A stretch of 43,687 nt of DNA, taken from positions 1 to 43,687 of the forward strand of contig NKIB01014413.1 of the NCBI GenBank assembly GCA_002256025.1. The letters run 5' to 3'. Below, in pieces: positions 34,713 to 43,687 of the stretch. The notes beneath the pieces were generated by a model. The model saw only the letters and a list, made by a program, of their open reading frames with translations, was not told where the DNA came from and did no database searches. The position numbers were made by a program, and so were the translations under genes. Every line of letters starts with the position of its first letter. Position 1 is the first letter of the stretch. The DNA is from Asterionella formosa. Taxonomy: Eukaryota.

Positions 34713-37355
34713 TCAACTTGACAAAATACTTTGAGAGCCCCTGAGTCTCCCTGCTTCATTTCGAATTTCTGCACATCTGCTGGGATAACACTTCAACAAA
34801 TATCGAAAGTGACACAATGAATAGCCACTTGCACTTCGGTCACAGGCCTTCGGAATCACCAGGGGTAACCCATCAGTCTGACCATATGAATCACCATATG
34901 CATACAGATCTACAATTGCAACCCCATCAACACACATAGAAATATACTCATTTGGCATTCTGCAATTGCGGGTCTGTTGACAAATCAAATTGTTGCCTAA
35001 AGCCATGAAGTCTGTAGCCAACCACTCACTTTTACAATCTTGTGTCACAGAGAAACTGATCCTATCACCATCTTGAGAAATGATCTTGATTAGATTGTCA
35101 GTAGCTATATTCATACAATTGTCAACATGAATCTTGTGCACATCAATAGATTTTGACTGAATCTCACAATTAACTTCCTTGACCCTTGAAACGGAAATAT
35201 CATCTGTGCTAATCCCAAGCAGATGGCGGGAGCCAATAAGATTTCTAACTTTCTGAGTTAATGGCCAAGGTGTTGGTTGTGGAGATGGCCATGGTGAGAA
35301 TCCAAGAGTGATGGTAGGGACGGGAGATGAAATTGAAGTTGGATTTGGAGAAGGAATTTGTATTGGTATCGCTCTTGGTAAAAGAGTCGGTTGATAAGAA
35401 GGCTGATGAGTTGGTTGTTGGCTGGGAAATGCTGTCGTTATGGATGGTGAAGCATTGAAGAAGGTTGGCGTGGTTAATGATTGAAGAGATGGCCTCGGCG
35501 TTGGTGATGTTGTTGGTCGACTGGTGGGGCTGAGTGAGGGCTGTGTAGTTGGCCAAGGGGTTGGCTCAGGGGTTGGTAGTTGAGTCGGTGACGTGGTTGG
35601 TGAAAGTGTTGGCTTTGGGGTTGGTTCTGGAGTCGGCGTGAGAGTTGGTGGAAATGTTGGCCTTGGGGATGGTGGTAGAGTTGGTTTAACAGATGGTTGA
35701 GGAGTCGGCCTAGGTGTAGGTGATGCAGTTGGTTCGGGAGTAGGTTGAAGTGTAGGCTTAGATGATGGTCCAGGGGTTGGTGGTGGAGTTGGAGCAACAG
35801 TTGGTGAAAGCGTTGGCTCTGGGGTTGGTACTGGAGTCGGTTTCGGAGATGGATGAAAAGTAGGCTTTGGGGATGGTGGTAGGGTAGGTGCACTAGTCGG
35901 TGCAGAAGTTGGTTCTGGTGTTGGTTTTGGAGTTGGTTGAAGAGTTGGGAGCATTGTCGGTATCACTGTAGGTAAAAGAGTTGGTAGAGGAGATGGCGGA
36001 GGGGTGGGGTCTTGGCTCGGAAAAGCAGTTGTAAGGACTGGTGGAGCAACATATATGGTTGGAGAAGACGTAGGTTCTGGTGTCGGGGTCACTGTGGGGA
36101 CAAAAGTTGGTAATGGCGTTGGTACTGGAGTTGGTTGAAATGATGGAGGCACTGTTGGTGCATTTGTTGGTAATGGAGTTGGCTCTTTAGTAGGCTCTAC
36201 AGTTGGTAGCAATGTTGGCCGAGGGGTTGGTTCTGGAGTTGGGTTTGCCGACGGTTGAGGAGTCGGCCACGGCGTTGGTGATATTGTTGGTCCACGGGTG
36301 GGGCTGAGTGAGGGCTGTGTAGTTGGCCAAGGGGTTGGCTCAGGGGTTGGTAGTTGAGTCGGTGAAGTGGTTGGTGAAAGTGTTGGCTTTGGGGTTGGTT
36401 CTGGAGTCGGCGTGAGAGTTGGTGGAAATGTTGGCCTTGGGGATGGTGGTAGAGTTGGTTTAACAGATGGTTGAGGAGTCGGCCTAGGTGTAGGTGATGC
36501 AGTTGGTTCGGGAGTAGGTTGAAGTGTAGGCTTAGATGATGGTCCAGGGGTTGGTGGTGGAGTTGGAGCAACAGTTGGTGACAGCGTTGGCTCTGGGGTT
36601 GGTACTGGAGTCGGTTTCGGAGATGGATGAAAAGTAGGCTCTGGGGATGGTGGTAGGGTAGGTGCACTAGTCGGTGCAGAAGTTGGTTCTGGTGTTGGTT
36701 TTGGAGTTGGTTGAAGAGTTGGGAGCATTGTCGGTATCACTGTAGGTAAAAGAGTTGGTAGAGGAGATGGCGGAGGGGTGGGGTCTTGGCTCGGAAAAGC
36801 AGTTGTAAGGACTGGTGGAGCAACATATATGGTTGGAGAAGACGTAGGTTCTGGTGTCGGGGTCACTGTGGGGACAAAAGTTGGTAATGGCGTTGGTACT
36901 GGAGTTGGCTGAAATGATGGAGGCACTGTTGGTGCATTTGTTGGTAATGGAGTTGGCTCTTTAGTAGGCTCTACAGTTGGTTGAAGGGATGGTGATACTG
37001 TTGGTTCAGTTGTTGTTGCGAGAGTTGGCTCTGGGGTGGGCATTACAGTTGGTTGCAATGTCGGCCAAGGGGTTGGCCATGGAGTTGGCCATGGAGCTGG
37101 ATGTCCTGGCGTTAGGGGCACTTCAGAAACAGAAGTTGTTAATGGCGTTGGTACTGGAGTTGGTTGAAGGGATGGTGGTTGTGTTAGTGATGGAGTTGGC
37201 TTTGAGGCACATAGCTGACAAGAAGAATCCATGGACTTGCCTCCCAGTGTCTCAGCTGCCAATGAATCTTCTAACAAACACATACAAATAAACAATAGAA
37301 AAGAAACCAAAAAATCCACATTGTTTATACTCATAACAGTATGTTTGATTCTCAT
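34713..37355 (-). CDS. Secreted Pro/Thr/Ser-rich (PT-repeat, mucin-like) protein with a C-terminal Cys-rich domain
   Basis: 880-codon ORF (the true start may be M8). Hydrophobic signal peptide ...[19 protein letters not shown]. About 650 aa of PT/PSxxP tetrapeptides, then RHLL, then a Cys-rich domain ([11 protein letters not shown]...[10 protein letters not shown]...CHFRYLLKC). Confidence 0.9.
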   Translation of the reverse strand: MRIKHTVMSINNVDFLVSFLLFICMCLLEDSLAAETLGGKSMDSSCQLCASKPTPSLTQPPSLQPTPVPTPLTTSVSEVPLTPGHPAPWPTPWPTPWPTLQPTVMPTPEPTLATTTEPTVSPSLQPTVEPTKEPTPLPTNAPTVPPSFQPTPVPTPLPTFVPTVTPTPEPTSSPTIYVAPPVLTTAFPSQDPTPPPSPLPTLLPTVIPTMLPTLQPTPKPTPEPTSAPTSAPTLPPSPEPTFHPSPKPTPVPTPEPTLSPTVAPTPPPTPGPSSKPTLQPTPEPTASPTPRPTPQPSVKPTLPPSPRPTFPPTLTPTPEPTPKPTLSPTTSPTQLPTPEPTPWPTTQPSLSPTRGPTISPTPWPTPQPSANPTPEPTPRPTLLPTVEPTKEPTPLPTNAPTVPPSFQPTPVPTPLPTFVPTVTPTPEPTSSPTIYVAPPVLTTAFPSQDPTPPPSPLPTLLPTVIPTMLPTLQPTPKPTPEPTSAPTSAPTLPPSPKPTFHPSPKPTPVPTPEPTLSPTVAPTPPPTPGPSSKPTLQPTPEPTASPTPRPTPQPSVKPTLPPSPRPTFPPTLTPTPEPTPKPTLSPTTSPTQLPTPEPTPWPTTQPSLSPTSRPTTSPTPRPSLQSLTTPTFFNASPSITTAFPSQQPTHQPSYQPTLLPRAIPIQIPSPNPTSISSPVPTITLGFSPWPSPQPTPWPLTQKVRNLIGSRHLLGISTDDISVSRVKEVNCEIQSKSIDVHKIHVDNCMNIATDNLIKIISQDGDRISFSVTQDCKSEWLATDFMALGNNLICQQTRNCRMPNEYISMCVDGVAIVDLYAYGDSYGQTDGLPLVIPKACDRSASGYSLCHFRYLLKCYPSRCAEIRNEAGRLRGSQSILSS
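35491..36980. repeat. Near-identical intragenic duplication with period 774 nt (258 aa)
   Basis: 35491-36206 matches 36265-36980 with few substitutions. Confidence 0.95.
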
Positions 37356-37931
37356 ATTTCAATTCGCTTAGCTTGTAGATGTCCTCGTGATCGTATCGTT
37401 TTTGTGAATAACTGGGAACCCTGATCAATGATAGAGGCACAATGTACAACTTTGTTTCCCTCTTTCTGTTGTTGTCGTCACATCCGATGCATATTTGCAA
37501 ATTTTTGATGTTTTTAACTGAAGTCGATATTAGAAGTCTGCCGGTAGATGCGTTGGGTTTTTTCCAATTGTTCAAAACGTGAAAGACATAACGACCGAAG
37601 AATATATTTCACAGAAATTATGTCAGTTTTCAACCGTTATAGCGGTAAGTCCCTCACCCATCGTTCATACAGCACTTCCGATGCATAAGTAATTTTGATT
37701 GCGATGTTTTTAGCATTGCGGAATGCAAGCGTGTAATACTTAAGCCTGCATGCGTTGGATAATCATTCATTCAGTGACTTTATTTAAAACGTACACATTA
37801 ATTGTGAAACGTGTGTTCCAATTCACGTTCACATTCTGACAAGCGAGCGATTCGTAGTTAGTACATAATTATGTACCGGTAGACTAGATTGAGCATGACT
37901 TTGTACCAACTACGTACTATATACTGAGGGA

Positions 37932-39700
37932 TTACCTGGAAGGGGACGTGCATGGGGACCACCAACTAGGAGGACTTGGAGAGCTAACTCCAAAGTCGCC
38001 TATCCAAACATCCGTTTCTAGTGTCCTTTTGTACAAGGGAAGAATCATAGGAAAGTCTTGCTTGATCAACTGATACGATTCTTCGTCACTAAATTGTAAC
38101 CTCTTTATTATGTCATTTCGACCAACACGTGGTCTAAACCAGGACCCGTAATTAGGTTGCAATCAATATCTGATCCGGAATAGCAGAATCGCTCCTGTTA
38201 TAGCTGTTTTTCTTTTATTCAGTAGAGCGGTTCACAGCCATTTTCTCTTTGATTCTGTTCCATATTTCTTGTGGCAGACCTGACTAATATTTGCTCGACT
38301 GTTGAACTACCCTGGGGTAGGTTAACAATTCCTGGGATGTTGCTCTTGGCTTGTCTGATGTAAATGGAGCATTTAAAAACGATACTCAAGTTTGGCTGAA
38401 AAGATTGCCTTTGAATGTCAACCAATACCAATACCGGTAGTTGTCATGGTGCCCGATTTGTTCAGAGGTAACCCCTGCCTGGGAAGGAACATCCACATGG
38501 AAAATTGAAAAAGGTTAAATAAAAACCTATCAACAATGGAGATCCCAACATGATGAGCTCAGCTTGATTGTTGACATTCGGGCCGCCCCGCCGCAGCATT
38601 GTGCATGACTGGGATAGAACTGTCGGTACACCAGCCGTCGATCCAAGCGTTTGCGTGGCACGGTACCTGGTACCATTGTCTACTGAGTTTGCCAATCTCA
38701 CTCAGTATTGACATTCTTTCCAATAATTGCATCGGCACCAATGCGGAAATTGCCATTGACAACATGCTGATCCCCTTTGATGTGATTTCAATTAAAACAA
38801 CCCCTCCTAAAAATACAATGTTTTCAAACACAAACCATTGATGTTTCCGAATAGCTAGCTAGCTAGCTTGTTCTGTTTTCAGTCATCTTGAACAGGCTGT
38901 TTCTTCAAAAAGCTACGGAGAACAGAACAAGGCTCTGCCAGCACCAAGTTCGGAGCTAGTATACCGGTAGTAGTTGATCTGATTTGATTTACATTGTCTA
39001 CTGAGTTTGCCAAGCTCACTCAGTATTGACATTCTTTCTAATAATTGCATCGGCACCAACGCGGATATTGCCATTGACACCACGCTGATCCTCTTGATGT
39101 AATTTCAAATCAAACAACATGCAAACCCTCCTAAGAATACAATGTTTTCAAACACAAACCATTGATATTTCCGAATATCTACCTTGCTTGCTTGTTCTGT
39201 TTTCAGTCATCTTGAATTCTTCAATGAATCGTTGAGATTCAAAGCAAATTTCATCAACGACGACATTTGCGGGCTCATCTTGATTGAGTTTCGGCTGTTG
39301 GCCACAGTCTTTCCATGCTGGAGGATAGAATCGGAGACATTCTTGGCGGCAACTGCATAACGGCAGTGTAATTCCTCTTGTGGCTCATAGTTTCTTTGGG
39401 TTTGCCAAATTCCTGGAATTTTTGCTTTTTCATTTAACATTATACAGAATCTTTGCTTTGGCTAGATTCCTTTGAGAAGGTCCAGCTGATGAATTTCGCA
39501 ATGGATCAGTCTCCAATAAAAGTGTGGAGATGGAGCAACAAATATTTGTCTTTTCACGTCGTCATGCGTTGCATGACCCATTGGCATAGGTATTGTTATT
39601 GGCATTGGCCAGTCTCGGTATTTTCTGTTGCAAGTAGAGGAACATCAAAACGTTTCGAACAAATCGACAAATAGGTTCATATTCCACCAAGTTTGTAGTT
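37932..39700 (-). pseudogene. Fragmented gene remnant(s), family unassigned
   Basis: Protein-like minus-strand pieces (WFRPRVGRNDIIKRLQFSDEESYQLIKQDFPMILPLY; RFYPPAWKDCGQQPKLNQDEPANVVVDEICFESQRFIEEFKM) are separated by stops and a duplication. Confidence 0.35.
38674..39216. repeat. ~220-bp direct repeat pair
   Basis: 38674-38892 resembles 38992-39216 (CATTGTCTACTGAGTTTGCCAA...TTTTCAGTCATCTTGAA). Confidence 0.95.
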
Positions 39701-40024
39701 TGTTTTTATGTTGTGAGCTAGAGCGATCTTTCCCTGATTCCTAAGCATCAAAGTGCACACCGGTATGTTTGGTAAGGCTGGCTTGATCATTCTGAGTGAT
39801 GGTTTCCGAAATGGAAGGGATTACCGGTACAAGTAGAGGCTCCGAAATAGTCTACCGGTACCGGTACCAGGTACCGTACCAGCAGTTGTTTGGGGGACAT
39901 GCTTCGGAGATGGAAAAGCAAGCGTTGGAAGCGGCCGCTGTTATTTTACAGTTACTTCCCGGGTGAGAGTATGGTACCAGTGGACTTGATACATACGACA
40001 ACTTCCTGTCTATTATTTTAATTC

Positions 40025-40452
40025 TGTTCAGATTGTGTTTGCATGATGACAGATACAGACTCTGTGTGCTGTCTGTCCTTTGACTATGACGTGTCGCACC
40101 TCATCGATGCTATCAATTGATCCATTGATCCATCGTCTATCAGAAGTGAATATGAGGGATGTGAGGATCATTATTGATGCGACTGATAAGTACGGGAATG
40201 AGATTGCTTGGGTTCTCCGGGTAATTGGTGACTTACTGCTTACTGCAACTGATGAATCAAATATCCACAGTGTTGATGGGTACTGGTACAACGTGGTTGT
40301 ACCAGTTGTACCATCTACGTAGATACATACTAACCTAGTAAAAAGTACTGCTGGAACGGCCTCAAGTCACAACTTGTTGGACCTACCATTACAGCAGGGC
40401 ACTAACAGGCCAATTCGTCTTTAGATAGCATCTTATCAGATTATGAGACCGA
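40025..40452 (+). promoter_or_regulatory. Putative 5' LTR (40025-40438, TG...CA) plus primer-binding site GATTATGAGACC
   Basis: Starts TGTTCAGA and ends TCTTATCA. It is immediately followed by a sequence resembling the GGTTATGGGCCC internal-tRNAiMet PBS of copia. A gag ATG lies at 40502. The second LTR is not in the window, so the boundaries are unconfirmed. Confidence 0.6.
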
Positions 40453-42824
40453 GTCTACTACCGGGTAGTTCATGAACCGACGAAGAGTGACTAGTAGAAC
40501 CATGGATCCGAAAGTGGTGGAATTGTCTGGAATGACTCAACATGAGTTGGAAAGACTCGCAAACGCCGCTTGACAAATACAGACAACCTTTCCGTCCTCG
40601 AAGAAGCGGACATCGTCCAGTTACTTCCAAACTCTTCTATCCTGCTTAGGCGCAAGTTGGCAAGACTTGGGACATTTCTCGCAAGAGGACATGTCGTAAA
40701 TGTCCAAACAACTATGCAGAATGTCATGGTGACACTAAGCATGCCCATGGCCACTACGGCACAAGCAGTTGTACCAGCAGTACCAACCATGCCTGTAGAC
40801 CCTACGCGTGGGGCCCCGAAAATATATGTTGATGCACTCAAGGATTTTTCCGGGGATCCAATCGACTGGGAGGAATGGTACATTGGTACAGGTGCAACAC
40901 TTGGGCAGACGGCATATGCAACACTTTTGACAGATACAGGCAAGCCAGTACCAGCTGATATAGTAGGTATGGCACATGACCGTGAATTATACAACATGCT
41001 GAAGAAAGCACTGTATAAGGGGACTGCACATCACATAATTGATGCAAATGGGCACCAGAGTGGACATGATGCCTGGACTGGATTAAAGATGTGGTATGGA
41101 AAAGCAGAAGTATCAAGGACCCTTATTGATCACTACAGGAATCAACTCAATGAGTTACAACTGTCCAATAAGGTGAAAGCTAACAAGTACATAAACACGT
41201 TCATTCTCTGCAGTCGAAAGTTGGAAGATAAACATGAAGGCTACACTGAAGCAACAAAGTGGACTAAATTCCTTGATCAAATTGAGGATGAAGACTATGA
41301 TGTTTGTGTTCAGAACCTTCGTGGCGACACCAACAAGACTTTTGATGAGTGTGTTCAATGTATTTTGAGCAGAGAACAGGAATTGGAAAGATTCTCATGA
41401 GAGAGTTCCACCAAGGCAAGGCGTGCAACAACATCTACAAGTAGAGGCAGAGCCACACCTAAATCATCTAAAGACAACCAAATTCCTTTCCTCCCCACAC
41501 ACTTACTCAATACAATTTAATACAATTTAATCCAATTCTATCAAGAAAGATCTATTTAAGTGGAGAAGTGTCTGGAATAATGAAGGAAGGGCAATTCGTG
41601 TCGACGAGTTGACTGGCGCCAATGGAGGTGCCAAGAAAGATGACAACTCAGTCGAATCTGACAAGGGATGCCACTCCAAGAACAAGCCAAAGACAAGAAA
41701 GAGCAAGAAGAAGGCTAGAAGGACAAAGACCTCAGCTTCTGGATTATGCAATACGGCTACACCTCATGTGAAAATCAAGGACTCTGATGACAAAGACAGT
41801 GAGGATAATGGAGATGATAGTGACAAGGAATTAAATCCTACAACAAGTACCCAAAAGAAGGAAAAAGAAAAGCGACGTCGCAACCCAGTACTCCAACATG
41901 GACGCATTCCGGGGGAAGCAGCAAGGGTTGTGCTTGATGGAGGAACTGAATTTGAGGTCATTGGCAGAGTCGGATGGTAAGTTCTGGAAAAAGTGAGCAA
42001 GAGCGCAAATTTGCGTGGATGGGGGGCCAATATGGATGGACCTACTCTTCCAATTGTCAATGCAGTCACTGCTTATGAACATCCAGAAACAAAAGAAAAC
42101 TATTTGCTTGGGTTGGGGGGAGCAGCCTTTGATGAAAGACCAGAACAAACAGAAGCGCTGATGAACACTCATGTGATGAGGCGTTATAATGTTATTGTTC
42201 ATGACATTTCTGAACAGGATGGCAGTTTGCAATGCATTGAGGTTGACAACATTCAGATTAAACTATTGTTCACTGATGATGAAAAACTTCTTACATTCAA
42301 TGTTCGCCTACCTACAATTGAAGAAGCAAACTCCCACACAATTCATTGGTTGACACCACAAATTCCCAGCAACTCATCTGAGTTGTTGAAGCAGTCATTT
42401 AGGATGGGACACGGAAGCATTGGTGAAGAGGAGCCAACTCTATGGGACAAACGTCTTGGAAATTCAACTGAGATTGTAACCAAGAAGACACTCGAAGCAA
42501 CAACACAGCTCTGCACCCAAACAGTTGAAATGGAGAATAGAGAAACACCCAGACAGCATCAAAAGAAGCGTCTAATTCCTCTTCATCCTAATCGACTCGA
42601 TGGCAGGACAGATTTGGATACATTTTTCTCTTCTATCAAGTCTATCCGGAACTACTCATGTGTGCAACTCTTCATTCATATTCCATCACAATTTCTGTTT
42701 GCACATTGTATGTTTAGAGAGGCACATTCACATGGAGCATACCAGGATTTTGTACATGAGATAGGAGCTCCCAACATTTTGTTGACTGATAACTCTCAAA
42801 CTCAGTCTGGCACATTGTGGACTA

Positions 42825-43560
42825 AGGGTCGTTCTTATCATTTTCGATTTGGTATCATTTTTTTTGAAAAAGTATGATGTAACCGAAAAAATCCATTCTC
42901 CACAAAAATAAAAATGAAATTGTATCACCAAAAAGTATCACGAAAATTCAACGGTTACGGGCTGGCTACAAACATGTGCTTTTCCTTCCTGACTACCGGT
43001 ACATCATGATACCAAACCAGTCCTCAAACCATGCAAGAAATCTACGCGAATTATGTATATGGGTTACTATAGTCAATTGTGTTTGCACATGTATTTGTTG
43101 TAGTCACGTGATGATTTTCTTTTTCTATTGCCTAGTACGTGCTGGACGAGTGATAGTAGAATGTACCTGTAGTGACAGCCAAAGCCAAAGTATTAGTATA
43201 TGTCGTAGTCACGTGATCATTTTCGTATTCTATTGCCTAGTACCTTGTCATGAATTCCCGGACCAGGTACCAGGGTACCAGGTACCTGTAATTAGATAGC
43301 GGGTATGTCTCTATGCACTTGACTCAATCTGTTCAATTCTCGACTCAGTGGTTTTCGTTCTTTGGTGTTGTGGCTGAACATTACCACACACGGCCGCTAT
43401 AATGATTGTATTGTGCTTCTTTGATGCACACCATAATAATTTTTATGTATATTATATATATGTCAATAAAAGTACTGCCCTGCAGGCGTATTTTCGGTTA
43501 TTTTATCAGTGTCAACGGAAATGATACCCGCATGAAAACGTCAGTATCACTGATACCGTT
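42825..43560. mobile_element. Non-coding insertion in the copia integrase, probably a non-autonomous Harbinger-like element with a truncated right end
   Basis: Integrase similarity stops at WTK. The insert begins (CTA)AGGGTCGTTCTTATC, resembling the AGGGTCAATCTC terminus at 17785. GTATCA/TGATAC and TAACCGAAAA/TTTTCGGTTA motifs occur in inverted orientation near the two ends. 48-bp direct repeats at 43091-43138 and 43196-43243. Confidence 0.55.
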
Positions 43561-43687
43561 ACAACACAGCTCTGCACCCAAACAGTTGAAATGGAGAATA
43601 GAGAAACACCCAGACAGCATCAAAAGAAGCGTCTAATTCCTCTTCATCCTAATCGACTCGATGGCAGGACAGATTCGGATACATTTT
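43561..43687 (+). repeat. Duplicate of copia integrase segment 42500-42626
   Basis: 127 nt identical except one substitution (GATTCGGAT versus GATTTGGAT). It runs to the window end. Confidence 0.95.

Larger units (their letters stand above)
40025..43687 (+). mobile_element. Ty1/copia (CoDi-like) LTR retrotransposon, 5' part, disrupted; continues past the window end
   Basis: Putative LTR and PBS. gag (DFSGDPIDWEEW...GHDAW..L..WY). Protease-like VVLDGGTE. GAG-pre-integrase-like WDKRLGN. Integrase DTFF...LTDN. Integrase directly follows protease, which is the copia order. Stops and frameshifts are present. Confidence 0.88.

Noticed and set aside
38674..39216. LTR pair (TRIM-like element)
   Set aside because: There are no convincing TG...CA ends, PBS, PPT or TSD. 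It is better explained as a local duplication.
1..43687. tRNA or rRNA genes
   Set aside because: No cloverleaf or rRNA signature was recognised by eye. tRNAscan-SE or Infernal would be needed to exclude them.

Overview
Eukaryotic genomic DNA, most likely from a diatom or related stramenopile. This is inferred from short GT-AG introns, protein families and transposon types. The left part (2.7-17.5 kb) holds five intact host genes: a coiled-coil protein, a small spliced Cys-motif/SH3-like protein, a PPR protein, a PH-domain plus auxilin-like J-domain protein, and a spliced FAE1/KCS 3-ketoacyl-CoA synthase. The centre (17785-33122) is a nested transposon stack that can be reconstructed from the sequence. 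A PIF/Harbinger element (TAG target duplication) is split by an 11.7-kb Plavaka/CMC-like element (CGTCTGCAAA termini, AT target duplication). That element contains an inverted second copy of its own right end and the 5' half of an Ambal-like LINE. The right part has a decayed peptide-repeat array, a secreted Pro/Thr-repeat protein with a 774-nt internal duplication, gene fragments, and a disrupted copia (CoDi-like) LTR retrotransposon. The most unusual signal is a set of TA-CC(A/T)GG-TA palindromic micro-arrays clustered in intergenic DNA, mostly upstream of genes. One paralogous comparison shows such an array replacing a single TA, which suggests accumulated transposon excision footprints. 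All family assignments come from motif recognition by eye; no database searches were run.
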